Origin: a virus
DNA: 44,848 nucleotides
Direction: 5' to 3' (one strand)
IMG/VR virus record: IMGVR_UViG_3300045988_092936
In this document: piece by piece, positions 1 through 8,745 of the stretch
Position numbering within the stretch: the stretch's first letter is position 1
Layout of the letters: each line of letters opens with the position of its first letter
Program-made: the position numbers and the translations under genes
Notes under the pieces: generated by a model
Database searches by the model: none
Told to the model about the DNA's origin: nothing
The model's input: the letters and a program-made list of their open reading frames with translations, nothing else

Positions 1-99
1 ATTTTTTTTTTGACCGCTTCCAATTGGGCGGTCAACTCGGCGTTCGGCGCATCGGCGAATAAATCCAATACCTTTTTCAAACCGTCCGCTGTCATATCG
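1..99. repeat. Terminal direct repeat, copy 1 (identical to 44750-44848)
   Basis: Read directly: attttttttttgaccgcttccaattgggcgg...ccgtccgctgtcatatcg occurs at both window ends, 99/99 identical. This implies a circular or circularly permuted assembly with unit length 44749 bp. Confidence 0.95.
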
Positions 100-404
100 T
101 TGTATTCGGTTCCGTCCACGGACTTAACCAAACAGGCAAACGCCAAATACTTTGGCGATATGGCGGATTGGACGAAATAAACGTTTTGCCGCAAATTATC
201 CAATTCCTTTTCCGCCAAATCCGGCTTTTCCTTTCGGATAAACCGGATTGCCTTTTCAATATGCGCATCCCAATCGTTCAAATCCGACCCAACCCCGGCG
301 TCGATAAGCAACATTTTGTTATATGCGTGAAATCGCAAAATTGGCAATTCGTCGATACTATCGTACAACACAACCGCCCGTTTCCCTATCTTTGTCGTTT
401 TCAT
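1..404 (-). CDS. N-terminal part of a 258-aa gene that wraps across the contig junction. Putative tail assembly chaperone by position, directly upstream of the tape measure.
   Basis: ATG at 404-402 forms an ATGA overlap with the stop of the 401..658 gene. The reverse translation MKTTKIGKRAVVLYDSIDELPILRFHAYNKMLLIDAGVGSDLNDWDAHIEKAIRF...KSVDGTEYND is stop-free down to base 100. It continues in frame into the repeat as MTADGLKKVL, which is the start of tracked ORF 44377..44844. It is missing from the ORF track because it runs off the window edge. Plus-strand ORF 168..560 is its antisense shadow. Confidence 0.75.
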   Translation of the reverse strand, partial: MKTTKIGKRAVVLYDSIDELPILRFHAYNKMLLIDAGVGSDLNDWDAHIEKAIRFIRKEKPDLAEKELDNLRQNVYFVQSAISPKYLAFACLVKSVDGTEYNDMTADGLKKVLDLFADAPNAELTAQLEAVKKK

Positions 405-658
405 AAGAGTATGCGGGTTATGACTGTTGAACAAAACGGAACCAATAACAATGCCGGGTTCCCGGTGCATATAGCAAACAGGACGGACAAAACGACCCCC
501 GCCCACCAGGATAAGCAAAAGCCGCAATTGAACATCTTAACAAAAAAGTCGTTGCCGTGAACTTGGACGTACTCAATAACGCCCCACTTTTTTAACAAGG
601 TCAACAGGAACGCCGCCACGGTTGCCACGACCAAAACCCAAATAATGAAAGTTACCAT
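401..658 (-). CDS. Small membrane protein (85 aa) inside the tail module
   Basis: ATG at 658-656. The tracked start at 703 is a TTG lying inside the upstream gene. Two hydrophobic helices (VTFIIWVLVVATVAAFLLTLL and AGVVLSVLFAICTG) flank FNCGFCLSWW. Its stop overlaps the next ATG as ATGA. Confidence 0.55.
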   Translation of the reverse strand: MVTFIIWVLVVATVAAFLLTLLKKWGVIEYVQVHGNDFFVKMFNCGFCLSWWAGVVLSVLFAICTGNPALLLVPFCSTVITRILL

Positions 659-662
659 ATCG

Positions 663-1262
663 TTAAATGTTACAAGGTTGATTAACTGACAATACACCCT
701 CAAAGCGAAAACCGCCGAACGGGTGCATTAAAAATTGATTATCTATTTCGTCCAACGTAAACCCACGGTACACATTTTCCGCCAACTCATAAATCCGGTT
801 TATTACAATCGTCCCGTCTTTTAGCCAAAAACCGCCATTTAGGACGGTCAATATTTCGTTCTTCAATGCCTCGGTATTCCGGTTGTTGAGTTGGCCAGGG
901 TAAACCTTGCGCAAATCGAACCAAACAATAAGGGAAAACGGGGCTTTAATCTCGCTTTGCTCTTTAGGAACCCAACCGACCGTTTGCGGGTCGTCTATCC
1001 AAAAGAACGAAAAATTGCCAATATTGGCATCCGGGGAAACGTCGATATAATCATTGTTGCCTCTCCATTCCGTCCCGCCCGCATATACGTTCGGGGTATA
1101 ATAGCGTTTGCCCTGTATCACTTTTGCGATACGTTGCGCCCGTCCAAATGCGACGTCCAACCAATCGACGTTATCCATTAACCCGGTTTGTATGTTCCCC
1201 AAAACCTGGTCGATTAAAACCGGGTTGGGAATTATAGGGGTTGTTCTTTTATTCGTTGCCAT
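663..1262 (-). CDS. Virion structural protein (199 aa). Candidate tail tube or tail terminator by position.
   Basis: ATG start with a 14-nt overlap onto the upstream gene. It lies between the capsid genes and the tape measure. I recognised no diagnostic motif. Confidence 0.5.
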   Translation of the reverse strand: MATNKRTTPIIPNPVLIDQVLGNIQTGLMDNVDWLDVAFGRAQRIAKVIQGKRYYTPNVYAGGTEWRGNNDYIDVSPDANIGNFSFFWIDDPQTVGWVPKEQSEIKAPFSLIVWFDLRKVYPGQLNNRNTEALKNEILTVLNGGFWLKDGTIVINRIYELAENVYRGFTLDEIDNQFLMHPFGGFRFEGVLSVNQPCNI

Positions 1263-1719
1263 ATAATACGTTTTTTGCTTTATTCATTAAGTCAGGGAAT
1301 ATATATTGCCAAATCAACGCCGCAATATTTTCGTCCGTCAATCCCAATATTTGCCGCCCGTACTTTTTTATTAAATCCTCCGTTTTGAAATCCGACGCTT
1401 TTATTTCAAACTGTTTGTCGCCAACTTCCAAAAAAAAACTACTTTCAAAATCGCCCTCATCCCTTAATGTAACCCGGTTTGTTGGCTGTCCCTTTGCCTC
1501 CTTAATCTCTATTGTTACCGGGCTATATGGCGCATAATCCGAAATTTTGACGCCTAAACGGTTAATACCCTGTTCAAACAATTGTTCCTCGGCGTTCATA
1601 TCAACAATATAAGAGTCATTGTCCCAAATGATTTGTTGAATGTATGCGCCGGACGATAACCCGTTGTTGAACGTGGCAACCCGGTTACGTAAATCCTGTA
1701 TTGACTTTAACCCAGCCAC
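1249..1719 (-). CDS. Putative neck / head-tail joining protein (156 aa)
   Basis: GTG start 5 nt after the upstream stop. The next in-frame ATG is about 40 codons downstream. The call is by position only. Confidence 0.45.
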   Translation of the reverse strand: MAGLKSIQDLRNRVATFNNGLSSGAYIQQIIWDNDSYIVDMNAEEQLFEQGINRLGVKISDYAPYSPVTIEIKEAKGQPTNRVTLRDEGDFESSFFLEVGDKQFEIKASDFKTEDLIKKYGRQILGLTDENIAALIWQYIFPDLMNKAKNVLYGNE

Positions 1720-1723
1720 AATC

Positions 1724-3061
1724 TTACGTTGTTCGGTATTTTACACCGTGGTTATTGCAAGTAAGGCAAATACGGTCGATACCCTGCGTATCCAACCGCA
1801 ACGCCTCGTATGCTTTTTTAAGGTCATAACCCAAACCGCCGGGGCGACCCTCAACGTTGCCGTCCAATTCGTAAAGAATTTCCAACCGGCTTGCGTTTAC
1901 TTGGTTCCGGTTTACCTTAACATCGGGGTTCATTGCCAACGTGCGCAACATGATTGCGGCGACCTGTCGTTGGATAACCGTTTGGAAAATCTGCCTTTCC
2001 TTAATGATAAAATCCGTTAGGTCGCAACCAACGGTTATTTCGCAATTCAACCCGTAATTCTGCGTATTGGTGTACATCGTCAACGCAATATCCCACAACT
2101 CCGGGTATTCGTCGAATGTTTCCGGGGCGTTCATCATAAACGGGGATACCTGTAAATACTTGGTTATTTCCCGCCAACGCTCCAAATCAACGTAACCCGT
2201 ACACGTCCCGCACGGCTCCCGGCTCCAATCCTTTGTCATGTTAATTGCCTGCATCCCGGCGGGCAAATCGTTTTGGTTGTAACAAAGGAACCACGACCCC
2301 CCGGCGTTGTTTCCGGTACTGATATACGGCAAATAACAATCTTTCAACGGGAACCATTGAAAACCGCCGTTTGTCTGCGTAAAATTCAAATCAAACGTCT
2401 TTATCGGATCGATTTGGGACGAATGGAAAAGATACATACGAACAACCCCGGTTGCGCCCGTCATTTGCAACCCGATTTGTTCGATTTTCATTGTTACGCC
2501 CATAGAACGAACCGGGACAATTTCAAACCCAACTAATTTATGATTATTCGGCAACGTCGCCCGGATACGTCCCGCACCGTCAAAGAACGTGCGCCGCTCC
2601 AACAGGTTCTTTGTTTCCTTATCTAATCCCTTTATTTGCGTGAATGTTTGTACCATTTGCGCAATACCGTTACGGGTCAACCGCTCCAAATAATCGGAAA
2701 TGAAATTGTACGGTTGCCAATAGGGGTTGCCGTAATCGTCGTTGAAATCGTCGTTAAAATCGCTTTCGGTCGGTTCCTCGTTTTGGTTGTCCCGACGGGC
2801 AATCCATACTTTGCCATTGTGTCGCACTTTCGCACCTGTTTTGTATTCCGGTATCATATTCCATTCGGAATATTGAAAAACGAAATCATCCGGGACGATT
2901 GCCCGGACATTTTCCAACGTTACAAGCGGGTGCGCACCTTGAAACGTCAAACCGCTTTCCGACTGCGTTAAATTGTCGTCTATCGCCTTTGCCGGGTCGT
3001 ATGATTGTTGCCACCCGACGACGTGCAATAATGCGTTCTGTATTTCCTCAAGCCTATACAT
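1724..3061 (-). CDS. Virion structural protein (445 aa), function unknown
   Basis: ATG start. It is the first gene after the MCP terminator and has its own TAnnTTTG box. It contains an acidic DFNDDFNDDYGNPYW stretch and a CGTCTGY motif. Confidence 0.55.
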   Translation of the reverse strand: MYRLEEIQNALLHVVGWQQSYDPAKAIDDNLTQSESGLTFQGAHPLVTLENVRAIVPDDFVFQYSEWNMIPEYKTGAKVRHNGKVWIARRDNQNEEPTESDFNDDFNDDYGNPYWQPYNFISDYLERLTRNGIAQMVQTFTQIKGLDKETKNLLERRTFFDGAGRIRATLPNNHKLVGFEIVPVRSMGVTMKIEQIGLQMTGATGVVRMYLFHSSQIDPIKTFDLNFTQTNGGFQWFPLKDCYLPYISTGNNAGGSWFLCYNQNDLPAGMQAINMTKDWSREPCGTCTGYVDLERWREITKYLQVSPFMMNAPETFDEYPELWDIALTMYTNTQNYGLNCEITVGCDLTDFIIKERQIFQTVIQRQVAAIMLRTLAMNPDVKVNRNQVNASRLEILYELDGNVEGRPGGLGYDLKKAYEALRLDTQGIDRICLTCNNHGVKYRTT

Positions 3062-3080
3062 AATTATTCGTTTTCTACGG

Positions 3081-3115
3081 CAAAACTAATGCGTGTTATA
3101 CTGTCAATTTTGACA
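3081..3115 (-). promoter_or_regulatory. Promoter -7 box plus an operator-like inverted repeat upstream of the 445-aa gene
   Basis: The minus strand reads TAGTTTTG (3088-3081), which fits TAnnTTTG, followed by CCGT. The inverted repeat TGTCAA-TT-TTGACA at 3102-3115 covers the -33 position. Confidence 0.5.
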
Positions 3116-3185
3116 ACCAAATTGTTGTCAGTAAACGATGTTACCGCCTTTAATTGATACCAACGTTTCTATATCTCTATAAATT

Positions 3186-3226
3186 AAAAAAGGGACGGGG
3201 GATTTTCCCCGCCCCCCCGGTTTAAC
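3186..3226 (-). terminator. Rho-independent terminator after the major capsid gene
   Basis: The minus strand reads GGGGCGGGG-AAAAT-CCCCCGTCCC followed by TTTTTTAATTT. The 5' flank is TTAAACCGGGGG. Confidence 0.7.
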
Positions 3227-3245
3227 AATCCGTTATGCTCCGGCG

Positions 3246-4358
3246 TTATGCGCCCACACCTCCGGAGGGAAATTCCCCGGCGTTGGTTACATATACAGGC
3301 ATGCCCAACGGTACGTTCGGATTGCGGGCGGCAATCTCGGCTTTGATAATCGGGTTTGCCACGGTATCCGGCTTGCTGTTGTAAGCAACCATATACGCCA
3401 CGTCAACGGAAAATCCGAAATATTCCTTAACGGCGCACGTCAAATCGGCGGTTGCGTCGCCCATGATTGCGGATTGGTCGCCAACGGCGGTGTAATAGTG
3501 CGAACCAACGGGCAAATTAATGTACGGCAAACGTACAACGTCCCATTCGTGGAAATTCGCACGGGTACGGCGCAATGCCTCACGGTCAACACGTGTAAGG
3601 ATACCAACATTACCGTCAGCAACGGCAAACATGGTTCCCATTTTTCCCGATTCATCGGTTACGTTGTTCGTGTAGTGCAAAACCTTGTTGTCGTACTCCA
3701 TGCGCTTGTTTACGTCGTTGTAAACGCCATGTTGCGCAAGTTTGCGGATAAGGCTATCAACCCCGGCGTTAGCGATAATGTGGATATATTCCGGGTAACA
3801 GTTAGCCCGCATAATCGGGTTAATATCGCCCAAAATCTCGGTCGCCATTTGGGTTGGAACCTGTACCACGTTGCCCGACTGCGTGTAATTAAGCAACGTT
3901 TTGAACACTTGTGTTTTGTTTGCCTCCAATGCGGCAACGGCTCCGACGTCCAATTTGTCCGCCAAAGCCCGGCACGTCTTTTCCATTTTGCGCAAAAAGT
4001 CGTGTGCATAGGAAATTTCGTTGTTCATGTAGGCGGCGGGAACCATTGTAAAGCCAATGGCATAAGTCGCCCAGGTAACCGTTACCAATGCGGACGTATT
4101 TTCATCGTCTGCGATAACGCACGAACGGACATTGCTAACCTGTACATCGCCGTCGTAATTGATAACGGGTACTTGTACCGTGTTACCAATAGACGCAAAC
4201 GCACGGTCACGCAAATTGGGGTTAATGATTGAGGACGGGGCGTTGGTTTGTTCAATGAAAAAATCCAATGCGCCATACTCACACGGGCGGGTCATATTAC
4301 GGTCTAATTCCGGGTTTTCAATCCGCCAATTCTGCAATCTTGTTGCTACTAAGCTCAT
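3246..4358 (-). CDS. Major capsid protein (370 aa)
   Basis: The size and the position directly after a coiled-coil scaffold-like gene fit a major capsid protein. A strong terminator follows it, which is typical of a high-stoichiometry gene. I did not recognise a family-level motif by eye. Confidence 0.7.
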   Translation of the reverse strand: MSLVATRLQNWRIENPELDRNMTRPCEYGALDFFIEQTNAPSSIINPNLRDRAFASIGNTVQVPVINYDGDVQVSNVRSCVIADDENTSALVTVTWATYAIGFTMVPAAYMNNEISYAHDFLRKMEKTCRALADKLDVGAVAALEANKTQVFKTLLNYTQSGNVVQVPTQMATEILGDINPIMRANCYPEYIHIIANAGVDSLIRKLAQHGVYNDVNKRMEYDNKVLHYTNNVTDESGKMGTMFAVADGNVGILTRVDREALRRTRANFHEWDVVRLPYINLPVGSHYYTAVGDQSAIMGDATADLTCAVKEYFGFSVDVAYMVAYNSKPDTVANPIIKAEIAARNPNVPLGMPVYVTNAGEFPSGGVGA

Positions 4359-4412
4359 AGTTTTTAGTTTTAAATTGTTATTACTGCGGGTTTACCCTTT
4401 ACCCGTGATTGT

Positions 4413-5363
4413 TTACTTTTCCGGCAATGCGGCAATATTGTTGTCCTGCCATGCCTGTTTCATTGCGGCGTCGAACTTTTCGGAACCCGCCGTTAAGCCC
4501 TGCGCCATAAGATTTGCGGCGATTGCTTCGTAAGCCTCGACACGGGTTTTTGCGCCCGTTACGTCAATGGTTATTCCGCCACCACCGCCGGAACCGCCCG
4601 CCGGGGGAACCGTTCCGCCGCCTCCGGCTTTGCGTCCCTTATCCAAAATACCCATTGTTTCCAATTCCTTTGCCAACAGGTCGCCGGGGGTGTACGGGTT
4701 CAACTGATTGTTCGGGTTACGCATAATTGCGCCGCTTTCGTCCTTAAAAGCAAGGATTTTGCCACCTTTGCCGTCGTCGATATATTCGGGGTTCATACCC
4801 TTAATTTTGTCGATTGCTTGCGCTAACAAAACCTTTGTTGCGCTTTCGGGCAATCCCGGTTTGAATTTCAACCCGGCTGTTGCGGCCTGCAATGCACCCT
4901 CGATACGAACGCCAAACAACTCTGTTTGGAAATTCTTTTTGGCTTCATCGTACTTGCTTTTGAGGTCGTTAAACTGCGTTGTTACAGCCGTTAAATCGGC
5001 TTTCGCCTGTTTCAACGCCTTTGCCGTTTCCGTATCGCTCGCACCGTCGGCAATTGCCTTTTCCAAACGTGCCTTTTCTTTCGTCAGACTGTCGATTTGA
5101 GTTTGCAATTTGCTTGCGCTTTCCGCTTTGGTTTTGAACTCTGCGACCACACGTTTTGCGTAATCAAACGTCTTTTCGGTTCCGTTCTTTGCGATACCGG
5201 ACGCCGCCAAAATATCAGCATCCAATCCGCCGTAAATTTCGCCCGTTTTTTTAGCGATAACGCTATTTTCGTCGTTGGCGGACAATGTTGTAATTGCCGC
5301 AATTTGTTCGTCCGTCAAACCGGACAAAGCCGCATTTGCAATTAAAATTTCTCTCGTTAACAT
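4413..5363 (-). CDS. Scaffolding-like protein (316 aa)
   Basis: Ala/Lys/Glu-rich helical sequence (QTQIDSLTKEKARLEKAIADGASDTETAKALKQAKADL) plus a Gly tract (KAGGGGTVPPAGGSGGGGG). It lies immediately upstream of the MCP. Confidence 0.55.
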   Translation of the reverse strand: MLTREILIANAALSGLTDEQIAAITTLSANDENSVIAKKTGEIYGGLDADILAASGIAKNGTEKTFDYAKRVVAEFKTKAESASKLQTQIDSLTKEKARLEKAIADGASDTETAKALKQAKADLTAVTTQFNDLKSKYDEAKKNFQTELFGVRIEGALQAATAGLKFKPGLPESATKVLLAQAIDKIKGMNPEYIDDGKGGKILAFKDESGAIMRNPNNQLNPYTPGDLLAKELETMGILDKGRKAGGGGTVPPAGGSGGGGGITIDVTGAKTRVEAYEAIAANLMAQGLTAGSEKFDAAMKQAWQDNNIAALPEK

Positions 5364-5383
5364 AATTCTTTCCCTTTGAATTT

Positions 5384-5653
5384 TTAATTCAACGCAATTG
5401 TTGCAATCGCTGCGCTGTTAGCGTTAACAATAAGAATAGAATATTTTGGGGAAGCCCCGGTTGTGTCAACCAACCAACTAACAATTTTTGCATGGCTGAT
5501 TTTCTTTTCAACCTCTTTTGTTACCAAAACAACATCGGCAATTGTGCCGCCCTCAATACAAGCAATCAACTTGTTTTTTGTGTTGCTATCCAATGCAGCG
5601 GCGGTTGTTGTTACTTCAATAACCAAATTGTCCTGCTGTGCAATCTGTGCCAT
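5384..5653 (-). CDS. Small head-module protein (89 aa), unknown function
   Basis: ATG start in compact spacing between the repeat protein and the scaffold gene. Confidence 0.5.
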   Translation of the reverse strand: MAQIAQQDNLVIEVTTTAAALDSNTKNKLIACIEGGTIADVVLVTKEVEKKISHAKIVSWLVDTTGASPKYSILIVNANSAAIATIALN

Positions 5654-5682
5654 AATCGTATTTTTAATGGTTTAATACTCTG

Positions 5683-6174
5683 TTACTTTTTCGCTCCGGG
5701 TTTGTCCTCTGCTTCTGCCTTTGCCTTTGCATCGGCGGCGGCTTTTTCCTCGGCGGCTTTTTCCTCGGCGGCTTTTTCCTCGGCGGCTTTTTCGGCGGCG
5801 GCTTTTTCGGCGGCGGCTTTTTCGGCGGCGGCTTTTTCGGCGGCGGCTTTTTCGGCGGCGGCTTTTTCGGCGGCGATTCGTGCCGCTTTTTCCTCGGCTT
5901 GCGCCTTGAAGTACTCGTTGGGGTCGTGCAATACGGTAATCGTGTAACCCTGTCTTTTCAGTGCGTCCAAAATGCCGTTTTCAAACGACTTTTTGCCGAA
6001 CTTTTGGATACGGGGAACGGACAAGCGTTTACCCGTTTCGCTGTCAAACTTGCGTACCTCAATAACACAATGATACAAATGTTGTTCGTTACTCGGTACA
6101 ATGTAGTTTTCGGGGTTGACGTCGGTAATTGCGACGTCCTTTGTTTTACCCTCTGTTGCTGTTTTTACTCGCAT
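5683..6174 (-). CDS. Head-module protein with a C-terminal (EKAAA)n single-helix repeat (163 aa)
   Basis: ATG start. The C-terminus reads AEEKAARIAAEKAAAEKAAAEKAAAEKAAAEKAAAEKAAEEKAAEEKAAEEKAAADAKAKAEAEDKPGAKK. Confidence 0.65.
   Translation of the reverse strand: MRVKTATEGKTKDVAITDVNPENYIVPSNEQHLYHCVIEVRKFDSETGKRLSVPRIQKFGKKSFENGILDALKRQGYTITVLHDPNEYFKAQAEEKAARIAAEKAAAEKAAAEKAAAEKAAAEKAAAEKAAEEKAAEEKAAEEKAAADAKAKAEAEDKPGAKK
5731..5880. repeat. 15-bp tandem repeat, about 9-10 units (ggcggctttttcctc / ggcggcggctttttc)
   Basis: Read directly in lines 5701-5881. The repeat is in frame and encodes the EKAAA/EEKAA pentapeptides. Confidence 0.9.
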
Positions 6175-7867
6175 ACTCGTAAAGTTTACTTGTTATTACT
6201 GAAATCTTTTGGTCGAATGGTATTTGCGTTCCAAATTCCAAAATATTTGTATTCTCCCGTTCAAACCTGCGGACAAAGTTAGCGAAATTCAACTTTATAC
6301 GCAATTCATTCTCCGGGATTAAGTTACGCCCGTACAAATCCAATACCTCGTTCCGGGTCAAATGGCGGTACGGCTCCAACTCTGCCAATATCAACATACG
6401 TTGCAATTGGGTTGGGTTGTTCCGGTACTCCGTTTCGATAATCTGATTTTGTAGGGCGTCCAATTCTGCCTCACTTGCGCCGCTTTCCTTTGCTGACTTG
6501 TAACGGTTCCGCAACTCGCTTGCGTCGTACAAATAGAACTCCGTGCCGTAATTGACTTTTGCAGATACGAACATATTGCCGTATCGCAATCGGCAAACCG
6601 TTTCATCGACGAACTGTTGGGCGGCTTCAAAGCCTTTTTTTACTCGGTTTAATACCGTGCTTTGGCTCTCAAATGCAGCTTTAACCTGTTGTTCATTGAA
6701 CGCCTCCCGTTGGGTTACTTCCTCGTTTTGTCCGACGACGGCGGTAATGATGTTTTCCCGCAATCGCGTTTCTTCCTCAACGTTGTAATCCAAGCTTGAA
6801 CGGTCAACGGTCAACATTTGCACCGGGTTCCGTAAATCGGGTTGTTTGTCCCCGTCCGGTATCGGTATTTCAACAAAGGAACCCGCCCCGGTAATCCGTT
6901 TGTCGCCGCACTTGGGGCAACGCATCAATAACCCGGCTTGGTCTAACCTGTAATACCCTTGTTTGTCTTTCAAGAATCCACCGTCGCAATAATCGCCGTT
7001 TTCGGCGTTTGTAAAGTCGCACGATTGTTCGTAACCGGAATATATCGGGTACGCCCCGTACATATCCAAATGCCGCTTCGATATATGGAAAAACAAAAAC
7101 CAATCCAACGCCTCCAATTCTTTTGTTAGCGGGGATTGTTTAACGTCCGGTTCTCGCAAATTCATTGGCTCGTTCCAAAAGAAACGGGCGGGGCAATAGC
7201 GCAAATCGTGTGGGTTATCAACCAATAATTTGCCTATGTTGCCGCCGTCGTCCTCTGCAAATACTCTGTATCGTTCATCGTCAATAACTGCAATACGTTT
7301 ATCGGGTTGGCGGAAAATTATCCAATCCATAATCCCGGTTGTCCGGTTTGCCTCAAAGGTTATAACGCTTTCGATAGGTAGCCAATAAAAATACGGGGTC
7401 GGGTAGCGGTCTGCGGGGTTCTGCTCGGCGGGCAAATCAACTATTAAGACGCTGTTTATTTCCGTCTTGAAAAACTCCCAACCTTTCGTACTCCAAATTT
7501 CCGGCTCCTTTAATACATCTTGGCGGTAATATTCCCAATCGTCCCGTTGTTCCGTGTTTTGAAATTGATAGTTGAACGCCGGGTTACGACCGTCGAAAAT
7601 ACGGCTTAACTTATCAAAACAAATGCCCGTTATCTCGTTGGTACGAACGGGATAACGGAACAATGTTTTGAAGATTTTGAATTTATCGTGCGGGATAAGA
7701 TTTTGAACCCATGCCAAAAAATCGGTCGTGGGTAAACACATTAAGGGCGTTACGTTGGTTTGGGCGTGAAATTTAATGCGATTTTGATGTGTGACCGCTT
7801 TATTTATCGTCGCCTTTTTCCTCGGTTCCGTTATTTCCTTTCTTATGCGTTTTATATCTAATCCCAT
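6146..7867 (-). CDS. Putative portal protein
   Basis: It is the largest ORF between terL and scaffold/MCP. The tracked start at 7960 is a TTG inside the upstream gene. In-frame ATGs occur at 7918, 7867 and 7741, so the true start is uncertain (573 or 531 aa). It contains CPKCGDKRITG. Confidence 0.55.
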   Translation of the reverse strand: MGLDIKRIRKEITEPRKKATINKAVTHQNRIKFHAQTNVTPLMCLPTTDFLAWVQNLIPHDKFKIFKTLFRYPVRTNEITGICFDKLSRIFDGRNPAFNYQFQNTEQRDDWEYYRQDVLKEPEIWSTKGWEFFKTEINSVLIVDLPAEQNPADRYPTPYFYWLPIESVITFEANRTTGIMDWIIFRQPDKRIAVIDDERYRVFAEDDGGNIGKLLVDNPHDLRYCPARFFWNEPMNLREPDVKQSPLTKELEALDWFLFFHISKRHLDMYGAYPIYSGYEQSCDFTNAENGDYCDGGFLKDKQGYYRLDQAGLLMRCPKCGDKRITGAGSFVEIPIPDGDKQPDLRNPVQMLTVDRSSLDYNVEEETRLRENIITAVVGQNEEVTQREAFNEQQVKAAFESQSTVLNRVKKGFEAAQQFVDETVCRLRYGNMFVSAKVNYGTEFYLYDASELRNRYKSAKESGASEAELDALQNQIIETEYRNNPTQLQRMLILAELEPYRHLTRNEVLDLYGRNLIPENELRIKLNFANFVRRFERENTNILEFGTQIPFDQKISVITSKLYEYASKNSNRG

Positions 7868-8021
7868 TTTCTTTGCTAAATTCAAAAGGTGTTTTTTCGG
7901 GCAACTGCCAACCGCCATTGTTAGGCATCCGCAACAGGCGTTCGGCGTGGTTAATCTCAAATTCTTCGGTCGTGTTTAGGGTCGGACACTCCAACACGAC
8001 CTTTGTAACTTTCGCCGCCAT
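7800..8021 (-). CDS. Hypothetical protein (73 aa)
   Basis: ATG start with a TAATG overlap onto the upstream stop. Confidence 0.5.
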   Translation of the reverse strand: MAAKVTKVVLECPTLNTTEEFEINHAERLLRMPNNGGWQLPEKTPFEFSKENGIRYKTHKKGNNGTEEKGDDK

Positions 8022-8665
8022 TAATCTTGAGCGGGTTTCAAATCCGTAAGCGGGTTAAACGCCGGGACAACAATCGCCAAATCGTCCGACCAATTCGGCA
8101 AAAACAACCATTGTATTGCGTTGCTGTCCGGGGCTTCCAATCCGCCCAACGTCTTATCGCCGATAAACAACGAACGTATCGGTATCGGGTAATATGTGCC
8201 CTCCGTTGTGGCGTCCTTAATGGCTCCAATTGCGCCGTTTTCGTCGAAAAGGAAAATACCCAAATTGTTGGCCCAACTTTCGCATTGCATTTCCTTTAAT
8301 GCCTTGATAACCTCCTGCGGAGCTTTGCGGATAACTCCGGTAAACGGTGTTGGTTCACGTCCAATAATTTCTTCGATGCCTCCCAACGTTTCGTTACCGC
8401 CTCCAAAGGTGCGGGCGGCTCCCGCCTCGGCGGTCGGGGCTTGGATATACGGCGAAACAACTACTTTCGTGCTATCCGCCGCCGATAACAGGGGCGTCCA
8501 CGACGCCAACGCCGTAATCGCTTTTTCACTCGTAAAACTGTTTTTGCTTCCGTCGTCTTTCGTAAGACGTTGAAAAGCCACTTTTTGAACCTGTCCGAAA
8601 CTTTCCGAACACGTAATTGCGGGTACATCGGGCAACGCCGCCCCCGCCGGACATTTACAAATCAT
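8021..8665 (-). CDS. Hypothetical, probably virion, protein (214 aa) between terL and portal
   Basis: ATG start with its own TAACTTTG -7 box upstream. The sequence is Gly/Ala-rich. I recognised no motif. Confidence 0.5.
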   Translation of the reverse strand: MICKCPAGAALPDVPAITCSESFGQVQKVAFQRLTKDDGSKNSFTSEKAITALASWTPLLSAADSTKVVVSPYIQAPTAEAGAARTFGGGNETLGGIEEIIGREPTPFTGVIRKAPQEVIKALKEMQCESWANNLGIFLFDENGAIGAIKDATTEGTYYPIPIRSLFIGDKTLGGLEAPDSNAIQWLFLPNWSDDLAIVVPAFNPLTDLKPAQD

Positions 8666-8737
8666 ACTTCTTTGTTTTTAACGTTAAAAATATTGTTACT
8701 TTCTCCGGGGCTGTCCCTTTGCTCCCTCGTTCGCTCA

Positions 8738-8745
8738 CAAAGTTA
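8738..8745 (-). promoter_or_regulatory. Bacteroidota-type -7 box (TAACTTTG)
   Basis: The plus strand reads caaagtta at 8738-8745, in the 122-bp gap after terL. There is no good -33 TTTG at N19-21. Confidence 0.45.

Noticed and set aside
168-560. 130-aa plus-strand ORF at the left end
   Set aside because: It lies entirely antisense to the stop-free minus-strand frame (404..100) that joins in frame to ORF 44377..44844 across the circular junction. It is a shadow ORF.
5731-5880. Tandem repeats at 5731-5880 (and at 27380-27467) as possible CRISPR arrays
   Set aside because: The units are directly abutting, with no spacers. They are 15 and 24 bp long and in frame within coding sequence, and no cas genes are present.
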